DNA from: an uncultured Opitutales bacterium
GTDB lineage: Bacteria > Verrucomicrobiota > Verrucomicrobiia > Opitutales > Intestinicryptomonadaceae
Assembly (NCBI GenBank): GCA_934660865.1
Contig: CAKUIA010000012.1
Coordinates: 30,001 to 62,000 of the forward strand
DNA length: 32,000 nucleotides
Direction of reading: 5' to 3'
Part shown: positions 1 through 12,594 of the stretch, one piece after another
How positions within the stretch are numbered: the first letter of the stretch is position 1
Layout: the number at the start of each line of letters is the position of its first letter
The notes under the pieces: generated by a model
What the model saw: only the letters and a program-made list of their open reading frames with translations
Told to the model about the DNA's origin: nothing
Databases searched by the model: none
Translations under genes and position numbers: made by a program

Positions 1-226
1 AAGCCCCGGGGTTTTCGGCGTTCCAATTCGCCAAATTTTCGACGTCTTTTTCGCCGGCCAAACCGTTAAACGAGGCTCTCAGCACGCTTTCTAGCACAAT
101 CTTTATGGAAATGGGCAGCCTTTTTACGTTGGGATACTTTTCGGCCAACTTTTCGAGGCTGTAAAAATACAAATCTTTGCCCGACTTTTCGGGAAACTTA
201 ACTGCGCAATCTTTAATATCCGTCAT
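1..226 (-). CDS. acnA: aconitate hydratase, N-terminal fragment (gene runs off the window start)
   Basis: Not in the ORF track because it is open at the window edge. A reverse-strand ATG at 226-224 gives MTDIKDCAVKFPEKSGKDLYFYSLEKLAEKYPNVKRLPISIKIVLESVLRASFNGLAGEKDVENLANWNAENPG. This fits the AcnA/IRP N-terminal pattern (YYSL, LP-S-K-LLE-LR, then a spaced W). Confidence 0.7.
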   Translation of the reverse strand, partial: MTDIKDCAVKFPEKSGKDLYFYSLEKLAEKYPNVKRLPISIKIVLESVLRASFNGLAGEKDVENLANWNAENPGA

Positions 227-533
227 AATCCGTCTCTTCGTTAAACAAATGTTCGTGTTCAAAAGAGGCCGCATTCCCAAAAATAACGGGAACTGCAACA
301 CCCCTAAAAAGAGAGAACACCCTACTTTAATTTATCGTAAAAATCAAAGAAAAAATGGCCTTTTACAACATAAATTCAGGCAAAGCCAAAAAAGTCTTTA
401 AAAAACGCAGCCGAGCTACAAAATTGTATTAAAGCGCAAAAATTTTGCACGGCATATAAAAAAATGTTGAAAACGGGCAAAATTCGACAATAATTCAACT
501 TTCTTTTTAAAAACAATGTAAAGGATAATTAAT

Positions 534-1274
534 ATGTCTGGACACAGTAAATGGGCAACAACTAAACGCCACAAGGCCGCAATAGACTCTAAAAGAGGCA
601 AAATATTCAGCGCATTGAGCAAGGATATCACCCTCGCTGCAAGAGCCGGAGGCGGCGACCAAAACTTTAATCCCCGTCTTCGCACTTTGGTGCTAAAGGC
701 GAAAGCTGCCAATATGCCTGCCGACAACATCGACAGAGCTATTAAAAAGGGTACGGGCGAAATCCCCGGCGTTGTTTACGAACAGTTGTTGTACGAAGGC
801 TATGCTCCCGGCGGAGTAGGCATTATTGTGGAAGTTACAACCGAAAACAAAAACCGCGCCGTTGCCGACGTAAGGGCGGCATTTACAAAGAACGGCGGCA
901 GCCTTGCAACACAGGGCGCATTGCAGTTTAACTTCAACAGACAGGGTCAATTTATAATCAACGCCGAAGACACCACCGAAGAAAAGCTTATGGACGTGGC
1001 TTTGGAGGCGGGCGCCGAAGACGTTAAAAACAACGGCGACGAATTTGAAGTTCTTTGCCCGGTTTCCGAATACGACAAGTTGGCAAAGGCTTTGGAAGAC
1101 GCAGGCATTAAATGCGCCGACTCGAACCTGTCGTGGATACCGACAACTTTGGTTCCGATAACCGACGCGGAAACCGCAAAGAAAGCCGTAAGGGTTGTAG
1201 AAGCTTTGGAGGACTTAGACGACGTTCAGAACGTTTACCCCAACTACGACTTAGACGACTCTTTGCTCGACTAA
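534..1274 (+). CDS. yebC: YebC/PmpR family DNA-binding transcriptional regulator
   Basis: 246 aa. The N-terminus [25 protein letters not shown]...NPRLR...[19 protein letters not shown] is canonical for the family. An AAGGA RBS lies upstream. Confidence 0.93.
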   Translation: MSGHSKWATTKRHKAAIDSKRGKIFSALSKDITLAARAGGGDQNFNPRLRTLVLKAKAANMPADNIDRAIKKGTGEIPGVVYEQLLYEGYAPGGVGIIVEVTTENKNRAVADVRAAFTKNGGSLATQGALQFNFNRQGQFIINAEDTTEEKLMDVALEAGAEDVKNNGDEFEVLCPVSEYDKLAKALEDAGIKCADSNLSWIPTTLVPITDAETAKKAVRVVEALEDLDDVQNVYPNYDLDDSLLD

Positions 1275-1281
1275 TTGCTTT

Positions 1282-2670
1282 ATGGGTAAAACTCTATTCG
1301 AAAAGGTTTGGGAAAAACACACCGTCAGGCAGCTGCCCGACGGTTCCACCCAGCTGTTTATAGGCACGCACCTAATGCACGAGGTTACAAGCCCGCAGGC
1401 ATTCGGCATGCTTAGAACCTTGAAACTTAAAGTGCGCTACCCGAACCGCTCTTTTGCCACGGTAGACCACATTATTCCCACAACCGACACAAGCGAACCG
1501 TATGCCGACAAGTTGGCATACGAAATGCTCGAGCATATCCGCAAAAATTGCGCCGACAACAACATAAAGTTTTTCGACGTAAACACGGGCTGCCAGGGCG
1601 TAATACACATTGTTATGCCCGAACAGGGCATTATACAGCCCGGAATGACCGTTGCCTGCGGCGACAGCCACACGGCAACCCACGGCGCGTTCGGCGCGGT
1701 TGCTTTCGGCATAGGCACAACGCAGGTTCGCAACGTGTTGGCAACCCAAACGCTTTCCTTTAAAAAGCTAAAGGTAAGAAAGGTTGAAGTAAACGGCACG
1801 CTTAAAGACGGAGTTTACCCCAAAGATGTAGCACTTCACATAATACGCAAGCTTGGCGTAAACGGCGGCATAGGTTATGCCTACGAATTTGCCGGCGACG
1901 TGTTCGACAATATGTCGATGGAAGGCAGAATGACGGTTTGCAATATGGCCATAGAAGGCGGAGCAAGGGTCGGCTATGTAAACCCCGACCAAAAAACCTT
2001 CGACTATCTTAAAGGCCGCCCCTACGCACCAAAAGGCGCAGATTTCGACAAGGCCGTCGAATATTGGAAAACCGTTGCCTCCGACAAAGACGCCGTTTAC
2101 GACGACGTTGTAAAGTTCGATGCAGCCGACATTTTGCCGACGGTAACCTGGGGCGTAAATCCCTCGCAGGCGGTGTTTATAAACGAAAACATACCCGACT
2201 GCGACTCCATTGCAGACCCCCAGCAGCGCAAAGACGCAAAAGACGCTTTGGCTTATATGAAGCTAAAATCGGGCACTCCCGTTAAGGGCATTCCCATAAA
2301 CGTGGCATTTATAGGCTCGTGCACAAACGGCAGGTTGTCGGACTTGCAGGAAGCCGCAAAATACCTTAAGGGCAAAAAAGTTGCCAAAGGCGTAAGGGCC
2401 ATAGCGGTTCCGGGGTCTCAAATTGTAAAGAAGCTTGCCGAAGCCGAGGGGCTGGACAAGATATTTACCGAGGCCGGCTTTGAATGGCGCAACGCTGGTT
2501 GCTCGATGTGCTTGGCAATGAACGCCGACAAATTGCGCGGCGACGAGCTTTGCGCTTCCAGCTCGAACCGCAACTTTAAGGGACGCCAGGGTAGCCCGAC
2601 GGGCAGAACGGTTCTTATGTCGCCCAGAATGGTTGCCTCTTCGGCAGTTGCGGGCTACATAACCTACTAA
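1282..2670 (+). CDS. leuC: 3-isopropylmalate dehydratase large subunit
   Basis: 462 aa. It has an aconitase-family fold with the LeuC hallmarks: [25 protein letters not shown], and the Cys ligand motifs GSCTNGR and CSMC. Confidence 0.9.
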   Translation: MGKTLFEKVWEKHTVRQLPDGSTQLFIGTHLMHEVTSPQAFGMLRTLKLKVRYPNRSFATVDHIIPTTDTSEPYADKLAYEMLEHIRKNCADNNIKFFDVNTGCQGVIHIVMPEQGIIQPGMTVACGDSHTATHGAFGAVAFGIGTTQVRNVLATQTLSFKKLKVRKVEVNGTLKDGVYPKDVALHIIRKLGVNGGIGYAYEFAGDVFDNMSMEGRMTVCNMAIEGGARVGYVNPDQKTFDYLKGRPYAPKGADFDKAVEYWKTVASDKDAVYDDVVKFDAADILPTVTWGVNPSQAVFINENIPDCDSIADPQQRKDAKDALAYMKLKSGTPVKGIPINVAFIGSCTNGRLSDLQEAAKYLKGKKVAKGVRAIAVPGSQIVKKLAEAEGLDKIFTEAGFEWRNAGCSMCLAMNADKLRGDELCASSSNRNFKGRQGSPTGRTVLMSPRMVASSAVAGYITY

Positions 2671-2700
2671 AGCAAAATTAAGCTTAAAAACTTTTTAAGG

Positions 2701-2732
2701 GTCTGCCCGATTTTGGGCAGGCTCTTTTTTTG
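2701..2732 (+). terminator. rho-independent terminator after leuC
   Basis: Stem CTGCCC (2703-2708) pairs with GGGCAG (2715-2720) around a 6-nt loop, followed by a T-run at 2725-2731. Confidence 0.6.
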
Positions 2733-2917
2733 CGCGCATAAAAAACCTTTGTATAACCAAAAGGCCTTTTTAACGCGCTATTTGCCCCTAAAAAAGCGTG
2801 TTGAGACAATGCAAAGAAAAGTGCCGCCCCAAAGCAAAAACTCAAAAATTTTGCCAAGAACAACTCCCCCTTTACCCCGTGCAAAAACGGGCATTTTTAC
2901 GCAAAAAAAGCTCTTTT

Positions 2918-2946
2918 TTGCCAAGTTTTTTGTTGCGCTTTACATA
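2918..2946 (+). promoter_or_regulatory. candidate sigma70-type promoter for gyrB-gyrA
   Basis: TTGCCA (2918-2923), a 17-nt spacer, then TACATA (2941-2946). The same TTGACA/TACAYA architecture recurs at 10211-10238. Predicted by eye only. Confidence 0.3.
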
Positions 2947-2965
2947 CAGTATATATACAGTATAT
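2944..2965. repeat. perfect tandem duplication of the 11-bp unit ATACAGTATAT
   Basis: Positions 2944-2954 and 2955-2965 are identical. The repeat overlaps the candidate -10 box upstream of gyrB. Confidence 0.9.
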
Positions 2966-3003
2966 AGAAACGCGCAACCAATAGGGCATAGCGTCTATTT
3001 TAG

Positions 3004-5586
<2,583 letters not shown>

Positions 5587-5609
5587 TAAAAAACAAGACA
5601 GGATTTTAA

Positions 5610-8099
5610 ATGTATACCGAAAACGAAAAAATTCAGCCGTCGAGCATAACCGAGATTATGCGCAACGCATATATCGACTATTCGATGTCGGTTATAGTTT
5701 CGCGCGCACTGCCCGACGTAAGGGACGGGCTTAAACCCGTGCAACGCCGCGTGCTCTATGCAATGATGCGCGAAGGCCTGCTCTACAACAGGGCGTTCGA
5801 CAAATGCGCGGGCGTAGTGGGCGAAGTTCTTAAAAACTACCACCCCCACGGCGACAGCTCAGTTTACGACACCCTTGTAAGAATGGGGCAAGACTGGGTA
5901 ATGCGCTACCCGCTTATTATGCCGCAGGGCAACTTCGGCTCAATAGAGGGCGACTCGGCGGCAGCCTACCGTTATACCGAATGTAAACTTTCGGCCATAG
6001 CGCAGGAGCTTTTAAGCGACATAGACTCCGACACCGTAGACTTTGTGCCCAACTACAAAGAGTCTACAACCGAGCCCAGCGTTTTGCCGTGCGCATTGCC
6101 CGCGCTGCTTATGAACGGCTCGACCGGCATTGCAGTGGGCATGACAACAAACATTCCGCCGCACAATTTGGGCGAATTGATAGACGCGACCTGCGAGCTT
6201 ATAGACAACCCCACAATTTCGATAGACGACCTTATGAAGATTATCCCCGGCCCCGACTTTCCGACGGGCGGCGTGATAATGGGCAAAGCCGGCATCGAAA
6301 GCTACATGAAAACGGGGCGCGGCATTGTAAAGACAAGGGGCGTTGCCGTTTGCGAAGAGCTTAAAAACGGCAAAGAGCAGATTGTAATAAAGGAAATTCC
6401 CTACAATGTAAACAGAGCCGCCCTTATCGAAACAATAGCGAATTTGGTAACCGACAAGGTCATCACCGAAATTAGCGACGTCCGCAACGAATCCGACGAA
6501 AATACGCGAATTGTCATAGAGCTTAAGCGAGGCGAAAGCCCGCGTGTGGTTTTAAACAAGCTTTACAAGCACACCCAGCTAGAATCGTCTTTCGGCGTGA
6601 TTATGCTTGCCCTTGACAAGCGCAGACCCAAGCAAATGAACATAAAGGAAATGCTCGAATGCTACATAGAGCACAGGCGCGAAGTTATATACAGGCGCAC
6701 AATGTTCATGCTTAAAAAGGCCGAAGACCGCGCCCATATCTTGGAGGGCTACAAGATTGCCCTGAACAACCTGGACGACTTCGTAAAGATAATAAGGGCG
6801 TCGAAAAGCAGGGACGAAGCCAAGATTACCCTTATGGCGAAATATCCCCTTTCCGAAAGGCAGGCAAACGCCATCTTGGAACTGAGGCTATACCAGCTTA
6901 CGGGCCTCGAAAGGGACAAGATAGAAAACGAGTATATCGAGCTTATGAAGCAGATAGAGGAATACCGCTCTATCATAGAAAACGAAAAGAAGCTTTTGGG
7001 CATAATCAAAAACGAAATGCTGGCCCTAAAGGAAAAATACGCCTCGGAGCGCAAAACGCAAATTCTGCCCGCCGAGGGCGAATTTAGAATGGAAGACGTT
7101 ATCGCAAACGAAGGCTGCATTATTTCGGTTTCGCACAACGGCTTTATAAAGCGCACAAGCGTAAGCTCGTACCGCTCGCAAAAGCGCGGCGGCAAGGGCG
7201 TTATAGGCTCGGGCCAGTACGACGAAGACTTTATCGAGCACATCTTTACGGCCTCTACGCACGACTATATTATGTTCTTTATGAACAACGGCCGCGTGTA
7301 TGTCGAAAAGGTATACGATATTCCCGAAGGCACGCGCATTGCAAAGGGCCGCTCGCTTAAAAACGTTTTGGCCTTGCAGCCCGACGAAAGCATTGCGGCA
7401 ATGATTTGCGTAAAAGACCTTTCCGAAGACAAGGGGCTTATTATGGCCACAAAGAACGGCGTCGTTAAAAAGACAATGCTCGAAGAATATAAAAACTGCC
7501 GCAAGGGCGGTATTATAGGCATTAATTTGGACGACAACGACGCCCTTATAGGCGTAGTTCTCGCCAACAAAGACGACAACGTTGTTCTTATCACCCACGA
7601 GGGCATGTCCATTAGGTTCAGCGAAAACGACCTTCGCGCGCAAGGCAGGGCAACGCGCGGCGTAAAGGGCGTAACCCTTAAAAAGGAAAACGACTGCGTA
7701 AAGGCAATCGTTATTGCCGACCCCGACTCCACACTGCTTATTGCGGGCGAGCACGGCCAGGGCAAAAGAACCTCGTACGACGAATACCGCCTGCAAAACA
7801 GGGGCGGCTCGGGCATAATTGCAATTAAAACTTCGGGTGTTGCAGGCGCCCTTTCCGTAAAGGAAGACGACGAAATTATGATGTTTACCCAGGGTGGCCA
7901 GGCGGTTCGCTCGCCCGTAAAAGACATTAGGGTTATAGGCAGAAGCACGCAGGGCGTAAGGCTTATAAACCTTGCCGAGGGCGACACGCTTATCGGCATT
8001 TGCCGCGTTGTAAACACCAAAGACGAGGAAATTGCCTCCGAACAGGCCGAAGGCGCGCAAGGCGGGCAGGCGGCCGATTCAACCCCCGAACAACAATAA
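5610..8099 (+). CDS. gyrA: DNA gyrase subunit A
   Basis: 829 aa. It has [14 protein letters not shown], the QRDR sequence [15 protein letters not shown], the catalytic Tyr context AAYRYTE, and C-terminal beta-pinwheel repeats. Confidence 0.95.
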   Translation: MYTENEKIQPSSITEIMRNAYIDYSMSVIVSRALPDVRDGLKPVQRRVLYAMMREGLLYNRAFDKCAGVVGEVLKNYHPHGDSSVYDTLVRMGQDWVMRYPLIMPQGNFGSIEGDSAAAYRYTECKLSAIAQELLSDIDSDTVDFVPNYKESTTEPSVLPCALPALLMNGSTGIAVGMTTNIPPHNLGELIDATCELIDNPTISIDDLMKIIPGPDFPTGGVIMGKAGIESYMKTGRGIVKTRGVAVCEELKNGKEQIVIKEIPYNVNRAALIETIANLVTDKVITEISDVRNESDENTRIVIELKRGESPRVVLNKLYKHTQLESSFGVIMLALDKRRPKQMNIKEMLECYIEHRREVIYRRTMFMLKKAEDRAHILEGYKIALNNLDDFVKIIRASKSRDEAKITLMAKYPLSERQANAILELRLYQLTGLERDKIENEYIELMKQIEEYRSIIENEKKLLGIIKNEMLALKEKYASERKTQILPAEGEFRMEDVIANEGCIISVSHNGFIKRTSVSSYRSQKRGGKGVIGSGQYDEDFIEHIFTASTHDYIMFFMNNGRVYVEKVYDIPEGTRIAKGRSLKNVLALQPDESIAAMICVKDLSEDKGLIMATKNGVVKKTMLEEYKNCRKGGIIGINLDDNDALIGVVLANKDDNVVLITHEGMSIRFSENDLRAQGRATRGVKGVTLKKENDCVKAIVIADPDSTLLIAGEHGQGKRTSYDEYRLQNRGGSGIIAIKTSGVAGALSVKEDDEIMMFTQGGQAVRSPVKDIRVIGRSTQGVRLINLAEGDTLIGICRVVNTKDEEIASEQAEGAQGGQAADSTPEQQ

Positions 8100-8117
8100 C
8101 ATTCAATAGCTAAAAAT

Positions 8118-8252
8118 ATGGACAAGAAAACCGATTCGCTGCCAATGTGCAGGAAAACCAGCACCGACTGGCTGTTTATATTCGTATACTCGCTGGCCGC
8201 AATAATGCTGGCTATTCAGGTTTTTCTTGTCGTATTTTTAGACATTTTTTAA
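8118..8252 (+). CDS. possible 44-aa small membrane protein
   Basis: Below the ORF-track length cutoff. It reads MDKKTDSLPMCRKTSTDWLFIFVYSLAAIMLAIQVFLVVFLDIF, with one hydrophobic helix. Its stop codon is 1 nt before the ATG of the next membrane gene. Confidence 0.3.
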   Translation: MDKKTDSLPMCRKTSTDWLFIFVYSLAAIMLAIQVFLVVFLDIF

Positions 8253-8253
8253 A

Positions 8254-8862
8254 ATGGAAAAGAAGAACGGATTTTTGGTTGCCCTAACGCTGTTTGTGCT
8301 GGCGGTTTTTGCGCTTTCGTACATAAACTGCAGCGACATCGGGGTATGGAAAGTCGAAATTACAAGCCCGGCAGTTGTGTTTGCGCTTTTGGTTTTAACC
8401 TTCCCGAAATTCCGCTTTTCGAACTTTTCGTATTTTATAATTTCGCTGTGGATGGTTTTGCACGCAATAGGCGCGCACTATACGTTCGAAAAAGTCCCAT
8501 TCGATTTTATAACAAATACGTTCGGGTTCGACAGAAACCATTTCGACCGGCTTGCCCACTTTGTCATAGGGCTAAATTCGTTCTGCTTTGCGGAACTGTT
8601 TTACAGAAACAAAATAGTTAACGGGCGCTTTTTTGCGGCGGTGTTTGGCACGCTTGCAATTATGGCAATGGCCAACGCCTGGGAGCTTATAGAATGGATA
8701 TACGCCGAAATTGACGGCGGCAAGGTAGGCGCGGCATTCCTCGGCTCGCAGGGCGACATTTGGGACGCCCAAAAAGACATGCTGGCCGACAATTTGGGAG
8801 CATTGGCCGCCTCCGTTTTCTACTATTTGTTTTCGCAAAATATTTCGGCAAAGGGCAAATAA
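8254..8862 (+). CDS. DUF2238/YjdF-like inner membrane protein
   Basis: 202 aa and polytopic. The motifs WELIEW and GSQGDIWDAQKDM match my recollection of the YjdF family signature. Confidence 0.55.
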   Translation: MEKKNGFLVALTLFVLAVFALSYINCSDIGVWKVEITSPAVVFALLVLTFPKFRFSNFSYFIISLWMVLHAIGAHYTFEKVPFDFITNTFGFDRNHFDRLAHFVIGLNSFCFAELFYRNKIVNGRFFAAVFGTLAIMAMANAWELIEWIYAEIDGGKVGAAFLGSQGDIWDAQKDMLADNLGALAASVFYYLFSQNISAKGK

Positions 8863-8900
8863 TCTTAAAACAACAATCTAAACGGTAAAAGGAATTTGTT

Positions 8901-9206
8901 ATGTTTTGCAAGTATTGCGGAGCGCAAATAGACGACAACGCCGTAGTTTGCGTAAAATGCGGCAGGCAAATTGCGCCATTAAAAGAGGGCAAAAAGAACG
9001 ACAAAGTTATATACCTTCTTTTGGCGATATTTTTGGGAGCATTCGGCGCGCACAACTTTTTTGTGGGGCGCACAAAAACGGCGCTAATACAGCTCTTGAT
9101 TACGGTATGCTCGTTTTTTACACTGTCGTTTTTTGTGGCGGTGTGGGCAATAATAGAGGCCTGCCTAAACCTAAATTCCGAAACGCTGTTCGGCGACAAA
9201 CAATAA
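8901..9206 (+). CDS. zinc-ribbon plus TM2 domain membrane protein
   Basis: It has an N-terminal CxxC...CxxC ribbon (CKYCGAQIDDNAVVCVKCG) and then a TM2 core (YLLLAIFLGAFGAHNFFVGRTKTALIQLL). Confidence 0.8.
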   Translation: MFCKYCGAQIDDNAVVCVKCGRQIAPLKEGKKNDKVIYLLLAIFLGAFGAHNFFVGRTKTALIQLLITVCSFFTLSFFVAVWAIIEACLNLNSETLFGDKQ

Positions 9207-9226
9207 ATTGCGCCCTAACATAGCGC

Positions 9227-9259
9227 AAAAAAGTCTTCCCAACTGGGAAGACTTTTTTT
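9227..9259. terminator. bidirectional rho-independent terminator
   Basis: A 10-bp stem AAGTCTTCCC (9231-9240) / GGGAAGACTT (9245-9254) encloses a 4-nt loop. An A-run precedes it and a T-run follows, and it sits between convergent genes. Confidence 0.75.
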
Positions 9260-9327
9260 GTCGAATGGCAACGAACATTCCTTTCGGTTTGAGGAGCAAA
9301 AAAGCAATGCCCGTCATGGCAAGCGCC

Positions 9328-9504
9328 CTATTTCTTTTTTTCCTGCGCGTCTTTAACTGCGCGCAGTTTTCTTTCTATGTCCATTCCTATCTTTCTGTGC
9401 GACGCCGTTTTGTTTAGCGAATTTATGGCTTTGTATGCCGATTTTAATTCCCTTAAAATTTCGTCGTCTGCAGTTTGCTCCGGTTGCTGTCTATTCTCGT
9501 TCAT
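9328..9504 (-). CDS. 58-aa hydrophilic protein translationally coupled to the ECF sigma gene
   Basis: Not in the ORF track (<60 aa). Its ATG at 9504-9502 overlaps the sigma gene's TGA at 9503-9501, forming ATGA. It translates as MNENRQQPEQTADDEILRELKSAYKAINSLNKTASHRKIGMDIERKLRAVKDAQEKKK, and its stop is at 9330-9328. Confidence 0.5.
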   Translation of the reverse strand: MNENRQQPEQTADDEILRELKSAYKAINSLNKTASHRKIGMDIERKLRAVKDAQEKKK

Positions 9505-10154
9505 AGGCGGTTTAACTCACTTTCCTTTTGTACGGTCTCCTTAAGTTTTTTCATTATGCGGTAGACCGCGTTGTTTACGGTGTTTTGCGATACGCCAAGC
9601 TCGCGCACCACCGTTTCGACGTCCATATCCTCAAGCTTTATCATTTCGAAAGCCGCGCACGTGCGCGCGTCGAACTTGTGGCGTATGGACATGTATGCGT
9701 CTAAAATCAGGCTTTCCTTAAACGCCCTTTCCTCCTCCTGCTGCAGCTCCACTTTTTTGCTTTCGGCATACAGCTTTTCGGCAGAGCAAAGCACGTCGGA
9801 TTCGTCGTCGTCGATTGAGCCGAAGTTTGCGCCCTTTGCGTTTTTGCGCAAATAGTCCACAACGCGCCTTTCGCAAATGGTCTTTAAAAAGCACCTAAAG
9901 CGCGATTTCGAAGAATCGTAGATTTTCCTCGAAAAAATTTCATTCAGCGAAACGATTGTGTCGGCTACAACTTCGTCTATAACCGAAGCGGGCACGCCGT
10001 ACCAACCGTGCTTGTAAAATCCGTTGCCGACCATTATTTTTATGGGCGCGTGGTAGATGTCGAAAAATCTGCGCCACGCACCGTTCCAGATTGCCATTTC
10101 CTCGGGATCGGAAAGCTTGGCTATTATTGTTTTAGGTGTATCGGGTAATTTCAT
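9501..10154 (-). CDS. ECF-type sigma-70 family RNA polymerase sigma factor
   Basis: 217 aa. A region 2-like segment is present (AWRRFFDIYHAPI...FRCFLKTICERRVVDYLRK), along with a region 4.2 HTH (VVRELGVSQNTVNNAVYRIMKKLKE). Confidence 0.75.
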   Translation of the reverse strand: MKLPDTPKTIIAKLSDPEEMAIWNGAWRRFFDIYHAPIKIMVGNGFYKHGWYGVPASVIDEVVADTIVSLNEIFSRKIYDSSKSRFRCFLKTICERRVVDYLRKNAKGANFGSIDDDESDVLCSAEKLYAESKKVELQQEEERAFKESLILDAYMSIRHKFDARTCAAFEMIKLEDMDVETVVRELGVSQNTVNNAVYRIMKKLKETVQKESELNRL

Positions 10155-10210
10155 TTTATAAAATGTATTTCGTTGTCCGCCGCAAAAAAATCATTCGATA
10201 TGGCTGGTTA

Positions 10211-10238
10211 AGTGTATGATTTGCCGCAAAGGTGTCAA
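10211..10238 (-). promoter_or_regulatory. candidate sigma70-type promoter for the ECF sigma gene
   Basis: Read on the minus strand: TTGACA (10238-10233), a 16-nt spacer, then TACACT (10216-10211), about 55 nt upstream of the ATG at 10154. Confidence 0.4.
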
Positions 10239-10299
10239 TTTCCATAAAAAAGGGCTTTTTCGCGCGATTTTTTGCGTCGCGCCCGCGATATCAAAAAAA

Positions 10300-10806
10300 A
10301 TGGCGACAATAAAACAGGTATCTACCCTTTTGCAAAGCGACACAACTTCGCTGAATATAATTTGGCAAAATCTCGAATTGATTTTGTCGAAAAAGGAGGC
10401 GATTTTAAGCAACCTAAACTATTACGCGCTACACATCTTCGGCACGGGAATTTTTGCGCTTTATGCAAACTACCCGCGACTGTATCTGGGCGACTTTGTA
10501 AGGCTTTGGACGCAACATTCAAACTGGCATTTAAACGGCCTTTATACCTATGCGCTTTGCGGCAGCCCGCTTTCGGGCATGAACATATGCAAAGGCTACA
10601 ACACAACGCTGCGCAAGTACGAAAGGCACCAAAAAGAATCCTTCAATATTTTGGCGCACGAAGCGCAAAAAGTAGTTCAAACACGCCCCTTTTATTTGGG
10701 CGAAAATCTCCCGCAGCTTAACCTTTGCGGCAACACCGCAAAAGAAACCTTTTGCAAATCCGACAAAAAACTGTCCGAACTTGTCGAAAAGTTAAAGACC
10801 TTATGA
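10300..10806 (+). CDS. hypothetical protein (168 aa)
   Basis: The ORF-track frame starts at 10216. I prefer the ATG at 10300 (MATIKQV...) because the 5' extension overlaps the divergent promoter. I recognise no motif. Confidence 0.45.
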   Translation: MATIKQVSTLLQSDTTSLNIIWQNLELILSKKEAILSNLNYYALHIFGTGIFALYANYPRLYLGDFVRLWTQHSNWHLNGLYTYALCGSPLSGMNICKGYNTTLRKYERHQKESFNILAHEAQKVVQTRPFYLGENLPQLNLCGNTAKETFCKSDKKLSELVEKLKTL

Positions 10807-10851
10807 TATTTATTTTGACACAAATTCCGCCATTTTGTTAGCTTCAAAACA

Positions 10852-12312
10852 ATGGAATGCGCCAAACCAAATATCCCGAATTTTGAAATTTTACGCAAAA
10901 TTGGCGAGGGCGGATTTGGCACGGTTTACCTTGCCCGCAAAAACGGCGCCTATTGCGCGCTAAAAACCGTGCTTGTAGCCGACGCAAAAAAGGAGATTGC
11001 GGGCCTAAAAAAGTACGCAGCCATTGCCGACAGGCAAAATCTTGTTGCGGTACACGATTGGGGAATTTCGGACGGATTGCTCTATTACGGAATGCCGCTT
11101 GCCGACCCGATAGACGCCGCTTTTAACCCCGAAGATTTCAGATGGCGCGTAAAATCGCTGCAAAGCCTGATAGACGAAAAACTGGAATCGCCCGACAATA
11201 AATGGTTTTCGCCATACGAGATTTTGGCGTATATTTCGCCGCTTTTCGACGCCGCCATTGCGGTTGGCAACGCAAACCTGCTACACCGCGACATAAAACC
11301 CGACAACGCGCTGTTTTTCGGCGGAAAAATAAAACTCTCCGACTTCGGGCTGCTGCAGCTCGACAAACGCTCGCTTTCGAATATCGGAACGCCGTTTTAC
11401 GCCGCTCCAAGCTGGTTTGTAGGCAGCGGCGGCAACCCCGATGTTTACGGGCTGGCCACCACTTTTTATACCCTTATAACCGGCAACTTGCCCGATACGA
11501 TAGGCCGCCCCGCCTACCGCTTCCCCGAAAAAATTGCCGATACAATCTCCGGCAAAGACAGGGAACGCTGGCTGCATTGGCACAGGTGCATATTGCGCGC
11601 CATAGCCGAAAACCCCTCCGAGCGCTATCTTACAATTAGGGATTTTAAAAATGCGGTATTGTCGGAAAACTTCTCGTCGTCGCTAATCGCAAATAACGGC
11701 AAGTCAAAGAAAACGCTGGGCAAAAAATACTTGGGCGCATTTGCCCTTTGCGTCGCAATTTTTGCGGGCGCATTTTTTTGCGTTCGCCAAATTTATTTTG
11801 GGAGAGACGCTTCAGAGCATGTCGGCGCCTTTGAAATGGACGGGCAAGTTTTTAACAATATATCCAAGAACGGCTTTTCGGACGAAGAATTGGGCGTAAA
11901 AATAATGTCGCACGCGCAATGGCTTGAACACAATAAAAACATTTACGGGCAGTTTAAATCCGACTACGAAAGCGCAAAGGAATTGTCTAAAAAAACAAAA
12001 GACGAAATCGCCGCCGAAGTTCGCAAAAAATATTCGGAAGACTTCGACAGGCTCTTTTCGAAAATAACAACGCCCGCCGAAAGGGAAATCGGGCTAAAAA
12101 AATATCTCGACGCAAAAAGGGAATGGATTGCCCGCGATATCGAAAGCGAAATAAAAAACGTTTCGCGCGCAAAAGACGGCTTAGGCGATTCGCTAGAAAG
12201 CATGTCGCTTATATCCGAAAGAATGGGAAACCCGACATTGTACAAACAATATGTTTTCGAAAGCTACGAACGCTACCAAAAACAAAAGTCGTTCGAAAAA
12301 AATTTAAAGTAG
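10852..12312 (+). CDS. membrane-anchored Hanks-type Ser/Thr protein kinase
   Basis: The kinase motifs are GEGGFGTVY (10903-10920), ALK, HRDIKPDN (11284-11307), DFG (11341-11349) and GTPFYAAPS. One TM helix (LGAFALCVAIFAGAFFCV) is followed by a ~170-aa Lys/Glu-rich C-terminal domain of unknown type. Confidence 0.88.
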   Translation: MECAKPNIPNFEILRKIGEGGFGTVYLARKNGAYCALKTVLVADAKKEIAGLKKYAAIADRQNLVAVHDWGISDGLLYYGMPLADPIDAAFNPEDFRWRVKSLQSLIDEKLESPDNKWFSPYEILAYISPLFDAAIAVGNANLLHRDIKPDNALFFGGKIKLSDFGLLQLDKRSLSNIGTPFYAAPSWFVGSGGNPDVYGLATTFYTLITGNLPDTIGRPAYRFPEKIADTISGKDRERWLHWHRCILRAIAENPSERYLTIRDFKNAVLSENFSSSLIANNGKSKKTLGKKYLGAFALCVAIFAGAFFCVRQIYFGRDASEHVGAFEMDGQVFNNISKNGFSDEELGVKIMSHAQWLEHNKNIYGQFKSDYESAKELSKKTKDEIAAEVRKKYSEDFDRLFSKITTPAEREIGLKKYLDAKREWIARDIESEIKNVSRAKDGLGDSLESMSLISERMGNPTLYKQYVFESYERYQKQKSFEKNLK

Positions 12313-12348
12313 CGTGATTTTTTTGCGCGCATACGCGAAATTATCGGT

Positions 12349-12594
12349 ATGGCAAAACGCAAAAAAGTTCCGCAGGAAATCCCTCCCATTTCGGACCCTC
12401 CAATGACATATAAGGAGTTTTACGAGTATTGGACAAAAAAATATCCGATAGACAAAGGCTTTTTGTTGGATTTCGAATACGCATTGTACCTAGACCCAAT
12501 AAACGGCTTTAAGATGAGAAAAGCCGTTAAAAAGCTGTCCGAAACCGCAAAGAAATACGCGGGCAAATGCAAGACAATACACATAAAACTGTGA
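12349..12594 (+). CDS. hypothetical 81-aa protein
   Basis: An intact ORF that is tightly linked to its flanking genes. Its TGA (12592-12594) overlaps a GTG (12591-12593) in the frame of the next gene. Confidence 0.45.
   Translation: MAKRKKVPQEIPPISDPPMTYKEFYEYWTKKYPIDKGFLLDFEYALYLDPINGFKMRKAVKKLSETAKKYAGKCKTIHIKL

Noticed and set aside
5850-5885. The gyrA QRDR, checked for quinolone-resistance substitutions
   Set aside because: The sequence [11 protein letters not shown] keeps Ser and Asp at the positions equivalent to E. coli Ser83 and Asp87, so there is no resistance-type change.
7026-8164. Long reverse-strand ORFs (344 aa and 299 aa) inside gyrA
   Set aside because: They lie antisense to a confidently identified gene. 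Their products are low-complexity (Ala/Val/Phe- or Ser-rich) with no motifs, which is the typical shadow-ORF pattern.
10216-10299. The 5' extension of the hypothetical gene (ORF-track start at 10216)
   Set aside because: The extension overlaps the predicted divergent promoter of the sigma gene and reads as low-information sequence. The ATG at 10300 is more plausible, but the question remains open.
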